Of a stretch of 36,810 nucleotides of DNA, positions 6,775-15,848 are shown piece after piece. Each line of letters begins with the position of its first letter. Position 1 is the stretch's first letter. A program made the position numbers and the translations under genes. Source of the stretch: a virus (taxonomy: Duplodnaviria > Caudoviricetes); IMG/VR virus record IMGVR_UViG_3300020236_000094, positions 1 to 36,810 of that record; one strand, given 5' to 3'. Under the pieces are notes generated by a model. That model was given only the letters and a program-made list of their open reading frames with translations. It made no database searches and was not told the origin of the DNA.

Positions 6775-7068
6775 TTACTGTCCCCTGATAATCAGCTGTC
6801 GGAGTTCCTTGATGTCTTCCCGCGTCCGTTGTTCAGAGCGCTGAATTTCCTGGCGCGTTCTTGCCTCTGATTGCTGTATCTGCTGGGTAACATTTTTCTG
6901 GAACGTCTCAAGCTTCTCCGTATTGTGCATGGCTCTTTTCTCAGTCCCATTGGCCTGTGCGATCAACGTTGAATAGCCAAAGATAACTGAGGCGATTATG
7001 ACAATAACCGTTATCCACTCACCTGGAGAAACACCAAGACGATAGTTTTTTCTGTGCTCTGTTTGCAT
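6775..7068 (-). CDS. Single-TM coiled-coil protein (holin/antiholin-like)
   Basis: One TM followed by a coiled coil; directly upstream of the endolysin. Confidence 0.6.
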   Translation of the reverse strand: MQTEHRKNYRLGVSPGEWITVIVIIASVIFGYSTLIAQANGTEKRAMHNTEKLETFQKNVTQQIQQSEARTRQEIQRSEQRTREDIKELRQLIIRGQ

Positions 7069-7148
7069 TTTATGCCTCGTTCCAGTGTGACTCTAACCAA
7101 TCCAGCAACTGCATAAACCATGATATCTCCCCACTCACTGCCGTTCTC

Positions 7149-7835
7149 TTATATCCAACTGATTAAGCCTGGATATAAAACAGGTCGATTATCAACCGCC
7201 CAACTCCGCCATGTCCATTCAAGTGCAGCATTAATCACCGCTATCGGGGGAGCCTTCCCGGCCGCCCAGCGGATAATGCGTACTGAGCCAAGTTCTGACA
7301 TTCTTCGAATGCTCATGGATAGATTAAAAGACCCCATCCCGGCATCCGTACCCTTAGACCCATTCGTAGCATTTAGACCACCAAACACTGAGCCATCATA
7401 CGGGTCCGAAACATCCTGTAATGATGAAGCAAACCTGAATACCTGATTTTCTCGGTCAAAATAAGCAACAGAGCACCGGTGCTCAAACCCCATTGAGATA
7501 GAGCCAAATGTCGGCTCTATGCTATTGGTGTTATCGCCTAACAGAATGTCATGAGCAGACACGTGTAGTTGCTTCCCTGCTGTTCTATCTGCAAAGGCTG
7601 TATTCAATGTCATATCACTTGATAATTTCCAGCCACTGGTTTGTGGCACGGCCGAATAAATTACCAGCAAATGATCACCGACATTTGTCGTGAATGAGGC
7701 AAAATCATTCACATCAGGGACTGTACTGGTAATGCCTGATCTAATAACCGGCGTTATTAATCCTGTCCCTCTACGATAGGTAACAACCTCATTGGGATGT
7801 ATATAATCAATAGCATTGCGGTACGTCCGGAGCAT
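7149..7835 (-). CDS. Putative virion/tail accessory protein, paralog of 7835-8506
   Basis: Start trimmed to ATG 7835 (TAATG overlap); MLRTYRN...W...VLYPGLISWI. Confidence 0.7.
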   Translation of the reverse strand: MLRTYRNAIDYIHPNEVVTYRRGTGLITPVIRSGITSTVPDVNDFASFTTNVGDHLLVIYSAVPQTSGWKLSSDMTLNTAFADRTAGKQLHVSAHDILLGDNTNSIEPTFGSISMGFEHRCSVAYFDRENQVFRFASSLQDVSDPYDGSVFGGLNATNGSKGTDAGMGSFNLSMSIRRMSELGSVRIIRWAAGKAPPIAVINAALEWTWRSWAVDNRPVLYPGLISWI

Positions 7836-8506
7836 TACACAAGGCCAGCCCATCCGGGGTATAACACACCATCATCGTTAGCCAGCATCCATTTCCAACC
7901 GTCCAGGAATTTTGTCGGAAGGGCCGTAAATTTGAACAGGAAGGCATATTTAAGCGAGCTTTGGAAAAACAGGCTCTGGCCGGGTGTTACTGTCCCTATC
8001 GCAGTCGCAGTTGTCCCCGCACCAATGGCATCGACAATCCCGTCAGCAGGATCTCCCTCATAATGGTAGACAGCAGAGGCATCTGATGCCAATAAAATTG
8101 ATGATCCGTTTGCAGTATTTGTCGAGACCAATGATCCAACATCGGCAGCTGACCCATTGATATATCCATTGACAGCCACCCCTCCACTGGCTAGTCCCTC
8201 AGCTGCATTATCCAGACCTATAACACTACTGTGTACAAGGGACTGGAGGAACCCGGAGGCAACATATAGAAAATTATCCCCCAACGCAGGGATCGTCCCT
8301 TTTGTAACAGCTGCATCCGCTGTTATTCCAAATGAGGCTTTGCCGTCAGTGATACTGGATATAGCGCCGGAAAGTGGAAGTTCAACAGCGCCATCGGTCG
8401 AGACCAGAACGCTGGACCCGACTGTCTGGTCAGATCCCCGAAACCCTAAAACCATCGCAGGAAAATCAGCATCGGTAAAAACAGAATTTTTGAATGTGCG
8501 GATCAT
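7835..8506 (-). CDS. Putative virion/tail accessory protein (beta-rich)
   Basis: GGAGG RBS; MIRTFKN...W...VLYPGWAGLV. Confidence 0.7.
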   Translation of the reverse strand: MIRTFKNSVFTDADFPAMVLGFRGSDQTVGSSVLVSTDGAVELPLSGAISSITDGKASFGITADAAVTKGTIPALGDNFLYVASGFLQSLVHSSVIGLDNAAEGLASGGVAVNGYINGSAADVGSLVSTNTANGSSILLASDASAVYHYEGDPADGIVDAIGAGTTATAIGTVTPGQSLFFQSSLKYAFLFKFTALPTKFLDGWKWMLANDDGVLYPGWAGLV

Positions 8507-9000
8507 TATTCGCCCTCCAGTTCAAAGATCGTCCCGGCACCCAGCGTCCCTACGCCGACATAGTGGACGGAGACCAGTTGAGCAGTAAACTTGATCCATT
8601 CAGACCAGCCTTCATCACCGGGAGTATTCGCATCAGCACTGTCAACATTGGTTATGTTTCGATGCATCCGGTCAGTCGTGGCAGAACCAACATCGGCAAG
8701 CCATAATGTAGCGACTGCATCAGCGGCAGCAATTGTCGGGGCATCGAAAACAAACTTTACCACGTCCCCAGTTGTGCCATCCCGCAGCCGAACCCTGACC
8801 TTTTTTGGGCCATAACCAACCGTCCAGCTAAACACACCCTGAGTTGTTCCGGGGGCAGAGGCATACCTATCTCTGGATAGGCCGATTATGCCATCTGAAT
8901 GATGTGAAAAACCTTCCGTCCCTTCCTGATACTCAGCATCCCCTGTATCCTTATTAAGATACTTTGGAACCTTTTCCATTTGAGCTACTTTTACTGCCAT
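8506..9000 (-). CDS. Putative virion structural protein
   Basis: AGGAG RBS; late-operon position. Confidence 0.7.
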   Translation of the reverse strand: MAVKVAQMEKVPKYLNKDTGDAEYQEGTEGFSHHSDGIIGLSRDRYASAPGTTQGVFSWTVGYGPKKVRVRLRDGTTGDVVKFVFDAPTIAAADAVATLWLADVGSATTDRMHRNITNVDSADANTPGDEGWSEWIKFTAQLVSVHYVGVGTLGAGTIFELEGE

Positions 9001-9015
9001 AACTATCTCCTGTTA

Positions 9016-9351
9016 TCAAACTTTATTTCGGTATTGTTCCCACTGTGTAGGCAGCTGAAGTGTGCTGGTATATCTATTCCGTATAAATTTTACGGCTAGC
9101 CAGTATAGGTAAGAACGTATACGATCACCTTTCTCTTCATAGATATACTGCCTCAGCTCTTTATCTGCTTCAGGGACAGACACAACTGCATAGCGCCGCA
9201 GAAAGTCATGTAGGGCACAACCAAGGGAATACTCGTCAGCTTTCATTATCCCTCTAAGGTATTTCAGAATGCCAGGAAAGGTGCATCCATCTGACTGGAA
9301 CCCTGCTGGGAGAATCCACTGCCTTACTTTTACATCTTTTTTAAAAATCAT
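9016..9351 (-). CDS. DUF1353-like protein
   Basis: LPAGFQSDGCTFP...ALHDFL...EAD...YLYWLAVK. Confidence 0.75.
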   Translation of the reverse strand: MIFKKDVKVRQWILPAGFQSDGCTFPGILKYLRGIMKADEYSLGCALHDFLRRYAVVSVPEADKELRQYIYEEKGDRIRSYLYWLAVKFIRNRYTSTLQLPTQWEQYRNKV

Positions 9352-10319
9352 GCTGATTCATAAGATAGTGTTAAATAAATAGCTATATTGTTTGCTAATA
9401 CTATATTTCCGGCAGTCACTGCAACATTAGTAAGCCCACCGGAATTAAGCCGCTCAAGCCTTATTTGTGTTTCTCCCCCACTCACATAGGAAGCCAGATC
9501 AGTTGAAAAACTAATGCCTCTAAATATTCCAACACTACCACAACCTGTAACATCTGAACTCCCGCCAAAGGCAGTAAAGGGTAAGTTTTTTATAACCATG
9601 TCTCCAACAGGGGCAGTAGCAGTGGCAGTAACAAGGATCTTAACCCAGACTGTAACCAGCTTTCCTGTTTTAATATACCTACCAGATACATTTTGTGTCA
9701 TGCTCCCTGCCGTAGTTAATCCCTCCAAGTTAGGAGTAAAGGTGCCGGACGTAGCGAAAACACTATCTACATAAGCTTTAACGGATTGTTGAGTTGGAGC
9801 CTGAGAAGAACTATCGCTCACCATAGTATCCTCATCGATCAAGACTATCTTGTCAGTGATAGAGAGGTACCCATTACTTGAATTATTTACAATAAAGGTT
9901 CTTGCCTCTCCAGCGGCAAGAGTAATAGAACCACCAACAGACCCATCCAGTGTATCGGTCCCTATATTCAGGTCAACTGTTGTTACCAGTGATGAATCAG
10001 CATTATATACACCAACAAAATAGCCTTTCCCCATTGTTGTAGCTGTTCCAAGGCTGATTGTTGTAGTTCCTGATACCTCAATGACCGTATTGTATTCAGC
10101 AGCTGTTGTTGTAAAGGCTGAGTTTTTGGTTACTGGCCCCTGGTCGAAATGAGCCACCAGATCACTGTTTATAGTATCAGCAAGGTTTTTTATAGGATCA
10201 CCCAGTTTATCCCTATGCTTTGCCCATGTTAGTTGGTTATCAGCTCCAGTTGAGGCATCATCAGGAGGGGGGGTTGCATTATATCCTGATGTTGAATTTG
10301 AACTGTATTTTGTGCCCAC
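9348..10319 (-). CDS. Tail fibre/tailspike-like protein
   Basis: S/T/G-rich; DEDTMVSDSSSQAPTQQSVKAYVD and GTFTP...GRYIKTGKLVTV...LPF fibre motifs. Confidence 0.75.
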   Translation of the reverse strand: MGTKYSSNSTSGYNATPPPDDASTGADNQLTWAKHRDKLGDPIKNLADTINSDLVAHFDQGPVTKNSAFTTTAAEYNTVIEVSGTTTISLGTATTMGKGYFVGVYNADSSLVTTVDLNIGTDTLDGSVGGSITLAAGEARTFIVNNSSNGYLSITDKIVLIDEDTMVSDSSSQAPTQQSVKAYVDSVFATSGTFTPNLEGLTTAGSMTQNVSGRYIKTGKLVTVWVKILVTATATAPVGDMVIKNLPFTAFGGSSDVTGCGSVGIFRGISFSTDLASYVSGGETQIRLERLNSGGLTNVAVTAGNIVLANNIAIYLTLSYESA

Positions 10320-10321
10320 GG

Positions 10322-13081
10322 TTATTGCTCCAAGTCTTCGCTGGTTGCGGCTATATAGCCCATAGAATTCAGTAATTCAAATGCCTGTCTACTTTTCTCT
10401 GATAGAACGGATAATTCTGCAAGTTCGTTTAAATCCTGTGGATTTAACATAGCTTTTGATATGGCCTTTCTCCCTTCAAGTGTTCTGAACTTAAGAAAAG
10501 CTGTAAATAAAACCCCTTCTCTTGTTAGTGGTCTGAAAATGGCCCTAGCAGCTTGAGTTTCCACTCCAGTAGCCCCACGTTCTAACAGAATCGTTCCTGA
10601 ACGTGCTGATAAATCAAAGGCTTTCTTTATAGTAAACAGATCATCAACATATTTCTCACCAAAAAGCTCCTTATAAGTAGCTGCATTTCGTTTTAAATTG
10701 GATGCCAATTTTTGGGGATCAACAATACCATTAGGAGAGACTTCTGTTCGGAAGACGTTGCGCGCATCCTGCCGTATCCCCTCAAGCAGCCTTGGTTTTG
10801 ATTTAAGAAGGGAAACAACCCGTCTAGCCCTTCCTGGACCTGTTTTAAAGTTACTTACAATCCATGGAGAAACTTCTTCAGGGTCTAGTGTGGCCAATGT
10901 TTTCTGTAATTTATCCAAGGGGGATCGAGGGGTGTTTAGCGCCTTTAATATAGCATCTTTCTTTTTCTGTTGCCTTTCAACAACTTTTATAATCCCTCCC
11001 AGTTGCTTGATTTTAGACATTTCTGCTCGATTAAAAAAAGGTGCCATAGAATCAGAAAAATCATTAATGAATTTAATATGCCTTTTAATTGCTGGTCCGT
11101 CTTCACCAACAACTTCACGCTTATATTTAGAAAGGATATTGTCTCTCCATGCACTCATGGCTCCTTCATTGTCCCCGATTACTTTAACAATTTCATCTGA
11201 TTGCTCTTTCCCTCCCTTTACGAATCCTTTATCAAAAATATCCTGGTTTCTTACAGAAAATTGCCCTTGACGCTTTTCCATAATGGTCCCGACAATACTT
11301 CTATCAAGCATCGTACGTGCTTCTTTAGTAAAGCTATCTGCATTTTTTATAGAAAAAATAATATCATCACGACCAGACTTTATAAGAAATAAGTCTCTAT
11401 CCCTGACCAATGCTTTTAGTGTGCGTTTTACTGTAACAATCTGTTGACCATTTAATGCACTTGCCCCTTTGTCTTTTTCTCTAATTGCCTGTCTAAAGGC
11501 GCTTATTGTCTTCTGGTAATCAACTAAATCTGTAGTTGATCCCTTTGTAACTCTGGTAAAAGCGTTCCCCTGCTTATCAAGAATCCCAGTCTGGACGACC
11601 TTCCCGCCTTTTGACTCTTCAAATTTTCTTGTTAGTGCCCCTCTTCTTGAAGTTCTCACAATATTTGAAATAGCATTCCTTGATTCTGTATCAAGGGTTC
11701 TCATTAGTGAACGGACCCTTCCCCCTACAGTAATTTTTATATCAGATTGTGTTTCTCCCTTTGAAACATTAGCCAACCGCTTCCACTGGTTGTTGACAAG
11801 GTCAACTTTGTCATTAACAGCAATCGTTTTATCTTGGATAGCCTTCCGTACAATAGTCCCATCATCCCCAATAGTTTGTGGTGTTAAAGCCCTTAACTCA
11901 CTATCAAGGGTTTTCTGTGCTGTTTCGAGTTCTTTTGATGCATTGCTTAAGGATTTGTGCCTTACTCTTCTGAAAGCTACCCCTACTGTATCCCCCCCTC
12001 CGGCCGCTGATGGTGTAATTGCATCAAAGGCTTTTGTTAAACCAATTCTGTCTTGAGTGTCTCTTTCTGTAAATTCCCTTACAAAGTCTTTGTCCCTTCT
12101 AAGGGAGCTTTCATCACTTAAAAGAACTTCATCACCACTGCGCTTTGCAGTTGTCAGTCTTACTTCATCTTTTATTGGCCCAAACTCGCGCTGCAAATCA
12201 TTAACAGCATCAATCGTTTCTTTTGCTTCCTGTTCATTAAGCCCTGACCTGAATGCAGCCTCCTTGCTTCCTGTCCTCCCCTTGATAAAGTTTGCTACAG
12301 ATTTCCCAACCCTGGCTAAAGCCCCCGCCCCAAGGGTAAAGCCGCCGGCTATTGCTCCCTTTCTCCCTGCAAGTTGGATCATGTCATCAGTAGATAAATC
12401 CTGGTTGACTCCAACCAGCTTGCCTAACTGTAGTTTCACAAGTTCCCCAATAAAAGTACCTCCAGTAGATCCAACTGTCTGGCCAATAAGGGCTCCACCA
12501 GGTACAGGGATGGCTGCACCAAGTGCCCCTCCCCCTACAGTCCCTGCAATGTCGCCAACAAGGGCAGGGGTCTCCCCGGAAGCCTGGATAATGTCGCCAA
12601 GGTCAAGACCTTCAACCCCTACATTAACTATCCTGTTAGTTTTGGGATCTATATATTGAAATCTCCCCTTTTTACCAGGTAATGGGTCAAATCGTACATC
12701 AACTTTCTGCCCGAACTGGCTGTTTAGAATAGTCTCTATTTCTTTTTTTGGGAAAGCAGAAAGCCCAAGTTTAAGATTTGACAGTGGTTCAAGTGCTGTT
12801 TCCATTTGACCGGATTCGGCAAGAGCACGCCTAAAATCAAGTAATTCAACATCAACAAAAACAGGCATATTAGGACCGGTTAACTTTGTTGCTCTGTTGC
12901 GTTCCTTTTTCTCATCAAAAGGGATAGGACTTTGATCTGCTAATGAAAATGGATTAGGCTTAACTAGTTTTCTTTCTCTTAAGTCATCAAGAAGTTCCTG
13001 TCTATCAAAAGAAATTGATCCGGATTTTTCCTCTTCTTTTAAGGCACGGACTCCTTCTTGCTGTTTTTCTGTCAGAGGCAT
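10322..13081 (-). CDS. Large internal virion/DNA ejection protein (P22 gp16-like position)
   Basis: 919 aa, helical, Gly-rich hydrophobic hairpin; third of three ejection-type genes. Confidence 0.7.
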   Translation of the reverse strand: MPLTEKQQEGVRALKEEEKSGSISFDRQELLDDLRERKLVKPNPFSLADQSPIPFDEKKERNRATKLTGPNMPVFVDVELLDFRRALAESGQMETALEPLSNLKLGLSAFPKKEIETILNSQFGQKVDVRFDPLPGKKGRFQYIDPKTNRIVNVGVEGLDLGDIIQASGETPALVGDIAGTVGGGALGAAIPVPGGALIGQTVGSTGGTFIGELVKLQLGKLVGVNQDLSTDDMIQLAGRKGAIAGGFTLGAGALARVGKSVANFIKGRTGSKEAAFRSGLNEQEAKETIDAVNDLQREFGPIKDEVRLTTAKRSGDEVLLSDESSLRRDKDFVREFTERDTQDRIGLTKAFDAITPSAAGGGDTVGVAFRRVRHKSLSNASKELETAQKTLDSELRALTPQTIGDDGTIVRKAIQDKTIAVNDKVDLVNNQWKRLANVSKGETQSDIKITVGGRVRSLMRTLDTESRNAISNIVRTSRRGALTRKFEESKGGKVVQTGILDKQGNAFTRVTKGSTTDLVDYQKTISAFRQAIREKDKGASALNGQQIVTVKRTLKALVRDRDLFLIKSGRDDIIFSIKNADSFTKEARTMLDRSIVGTIMEKRQGQFSVRNQDIFDKGFVKGGKEQSDEIVKVIGDNEGAMSAWRDNILSKYKREVVGEDGPAIKRHIKFINDFSDSMAPFFNRAEMSKIKQLGGIIKVVERQQKKKDAILKALNTPRSPLDKLQKTLATLDPEEVSPWIVSNFKTGPGRARRVVSLLKSKPRLLEGIRQDARNVFRTEVSPNGIVDPQKLASNLKRNAATYKELFGEKYVDDLFTIKKAFDLSARSGTILLERGATGVETQAARAIFRPLTREGVLFTAFLKFRTLEGRKAISKAMLNPQDLNELAELSVLSEKSRQAFELLNSMGYIAATSEDLEQ

Positions 13082-14224
13082 TTATAACCTTCCTAGAGCT
13101 TCTTTATCTGTCAATTCACTAAGTGGCTTATCACCCCCTGAACGGTTAAACCTTGAAAAAGGTCTGAAGGGATCTTTCTCCCCTTTTACCGTCTCTCCCA
13201 TAATCCTGAAAAATGTATCAGCTTCTCTGATATTAATATCCCTGAGATTTTGTAGCATAAGCAGTGTTGACTGCCGATCTGCTGTTCCAGAAATCATATT
13301 TTTTGCATTTTCAACGTCTGCATCTGATATTTTGCCATCAGGATTTAATTGTTTTGCAACTATAAAGGCTAACCGTGCTACTGCTGCTTCACGTACATCC
13401 CCGCTTATTGCTGCACGGCGCATGAATGAAATATTCTCCTGACTAAGTCTTTCATCAAGTTCATTAAGAATCGCCCCTTCATTTGTAAATATAGTTTCTT
13501 TCCCAAAAGTCTGCGCAAACTGCTGGGATGCACTGTTTATTATGCTTAGAGTTTTCCCAGTTAAACCTCCTACAAAATTTTCACTTCTAACAAAATTTTG
13601 TACTTGTTCAAGTCCTTGATCAAGATTATTTGTATCAATTCGTTTCTGTGCAACTTCTTTAATGACCTTCTCTTTTCTTGTCCCACTGATCCCTACATCC
13701 TCCTGTGAACCTGTCACCTGAGGGAGCTTGAAGAACTGGCCCTCACCTACTCTTGAAGGAAGGATTAACTGACCATCTTTCTGTATTTTTGTTATCCCGC
13801 TGCTGTCTTTTACTGCCCTGAATTCATCCCCTGCTTTAGTTCTGAATATTCCAACATCGGTAAAGGTCTGCTCTTTCCCCTCTGGAACGCCAAGCCCTTC
13901 AACAGAAACATCTGAGACCCCAAGAGACTCTATGGTTTTAGATAGATCAGCCTCAGCATCTGCACGCAACGGATCATCAGCTGGCATCCCCTCAAGCCTG
14001 GACTGTTGCAGTGTTGCAATAATCTTCAGATTTGAGCGCTCAATATCCTGCTGCTGTTCCTCCCCCTTATCCTTTCGGTTCTGGGCCTCCTGTTGAGTCT
14101 TCTGAATCAGTGCACGATTGGATTGATTAGCGGCTGCAAGTCCGGGGACACGAGCTTCAAGTGCCCCTGTCGCAGCAGCATTAACCCCTCTTAGAACATT
14201 ATCAAAGGCTTTATTTAAGGCCAT
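13082..14224 (-). CDS. Internal virion/DNA ejection protein (gp20-like position)
   Basis: Helical; NPDGKISDAD motif; synteny. Confidence 0.65.
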   Translation of the reverse strand: MALNKAFDNVLRGVNAAATGALEARVPGLAAANQSNRALIQKTQQEAQNRKDKGEEQQQDIERSNLKIIATLQQSRLEGMPADDPLRADAEADLSKTIESLGVSDVSVEGLGVPEGKEQTFTDVGIFRTKAGDEFRAVKDSSGITKIQKDGQLILPSRVGEGQFFKLPQVTGSQEDVGISGTRKEKVIKEVAQKRIDTNNLDQGLEQVQNFVRSENFVGGLTGKTLSIINSASQQFAQTFGKETIFTNEGAILNELDERLSQENISFMRRAAISGDVREAAVARLAFIVAKQLNPDGKISDADVENAKNMISGTADRQSTLLMLQNLRDINIREADTFFRIMGETVKGEKDPFRPFSRFNRSGGDKPLSELTDKEALGRL

Positions 14225-15309
14225 TAGAGGACTCCTTGAGTGGGAGTAAAGTTTTTACCTGTCAGTCCACTAATAACCCCAAGCCCTGTTGTCTGCTGGG
14301 CTTGTTCAAGCCCGATCCGTTGGCCCTGTGCGACATTAGAGACCTGACCCAAATTAGCGGCAACAGACCCCGCGCCTGTAAACAGGTTAGAAGCAAGACT
14401 TAAGAGCATATTCTGGGTATTAATAGAAAGTCCAAGTGTTTGCATAATGCGTGAAAACTGTCCATTAACAAGGGAAGTTCTTGCATTGAAGATGTCTTTC
14501 TGCCCCTGTGCTGTGGCATTAAAGCCTGAAAGCTGACGGTTAAACTGCTGTGATGCTGCATCAAACTGAGTCTTATCCAGGCCAGAGGACAGCTGGAAGC
14601 CCTGTAGCTGTGCTTCTGTTAGCTGCCCCCCTGTTGCCTGTATCTGTCCCAATGTCCCGAGCTGTGCTTGCAGGGACTCACTGGTGGCTGTTGCCCGTTC
14701 ATTACCAATTGCACGATTAGCTTCAATATCGAAGTTTGTTACTGCCTGATTTGCAAAAGACCCTGAGACTCCGCGCCGATTAATATCGGCCTGTAGCTGC
14801 TGTCTACGGCTTGCAAGTGAGTTAATAAGGGGATCAACACGTGCCTGAATAAAGGGGTTATTGTTTGATGCCAGGTCTTGCCGGATACCACCAAGATCAG
14901 CTAATGTCCCTTGTGTGAGGTTTCCAAAATCACCCAGAGCTGTATTTATCCCCTCCCGCAAAACATTTGAGCGTTCATTAAATGCATTAAGTGCAGATGG
15001 ATCATTAGCAAGGTTCGAAATTCTGTTTATATTAGCAGTTGTCTGATTGATGAAGGGATTAAGCGCATTTCTATCCTGACGGTTAAAAGTATCAAGCCCT
15101 GTTATGTTCCGCCCCCTTATTGAGAGAGGCCCGGCAGTAAAAGGTTGGTTAGGACTTGCAAAGGCTGTGGCTTGCTCAAGTGTTTTAAACTGCTTGTCCT
15201 GAAGCTTTCCCTGTTTTTTTGCAAAATCTCGTGCAGCCTTTTGTGCATCAGTTGTTCCGAACCCAAGAAAATCTGTAACAGGCTCAAAAAAATCACCTAT
15301 TCCACTCAT
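14224..15309 (-). CDS. DNA pilot/ejection protein (gp7-like position)
   Basis: Q/N/A/G-rich; INRRGVSGS motif; synteny after GNAT. Confidence 0.7.
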   Translation of the reverse strand: MSGIGDFFEPVTDFLGFGTTDAQKAARDFAKKQGKLQDKQFKTLEQATAFASPNQPFTAGPLSIRGRNITGLDTFNRQDRNALNPFINQTTANINRISNLANDPSALNAFNERSNVLREGINTALGDFGNLTQGTLADLGGIRQDLASNNNPFIQARVDPLINSLASRRQQLQADINRRGVSGSFANQAVTNFDIEANRAIGNERATATSESLQAQLGTLGQIQATGGQLTEAQLQGFQLSSGLDKTQFDAASQQFNRQLSGFNATAQGQKDIFNARTSLVNGQFSRIMQTLGLSINTQNMLLSLASNLFTGAGSVAANLGQVSNVAQGQRIGLEQAQQTTGLGVISGLTGKNFTPTQGVL

Positions 15310-15848
15310 TTCATTCGCCCTGTCATATAGAACATATATTTATCCCCCCTTGGGGAACCGTTTTTGATCATTCCTGAATAGGACATCCTTGGAAGATACC
15401 GGGTTAATCGGTTAAAGAATTTTTGGTCCTGTTTCATGGAGGTTATTTTTATAACCCCCACTTCCTTTCGATATTGCATTTTGTGTAAAAATCCCAATAT
15501 ACCTTTTAATTTATTTTTTGCTGTTGCCCATGAAAAGGGTTCAAAGTGTGGCTCAAGTTCCCAACCATCATAGTGTGCAACTACAAGCCCTATTGGACCT
15601 TCCCCAGCACTGAACTGTGCGTTTTTATCCTCAATAATCCAGACAAACTGGAATTTACCGAATAGAGTAACGATGCTATCAGTAAATTCATCCTGTGAAA
15701 GATTATCCGGGAAGGGGAATGAATGTGTTTTGTAGGCTGCCCACAAGTATTTGAGATCCCCTGCATCATCTTCTGTAATAGGCTCCATTCCCCGAATGAC
15801 CGGTTTACCATATTTAAAAACACGATCACGTAAGTCCTTCGGCTTCAT
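15306..15848 (-). CDS. GNAT-fold tail assembly protein (T7 gp13 / P22 gp14 position)
   Basis: Position between nozzle and ejection genes; alpha/beta pattern. Confidence 0.5.
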   Translation of the reverse strand: MKPKDLRDRVFKYGKPVIRGMEPITEDDAGDLKYLWAAYKTHSFPFPDNLSQDEFTDSIVTLFGKFQFVWIIEDKNAQFSAGEGPIGLVVAHYDGWELEPHFEPFSWATAKNKLKGILGFLHKMQYRKEVGVIKITSMKQDQKFFNRLTRYLPRMSYSGMIKNGSPRGDKYMFYMTGRMK

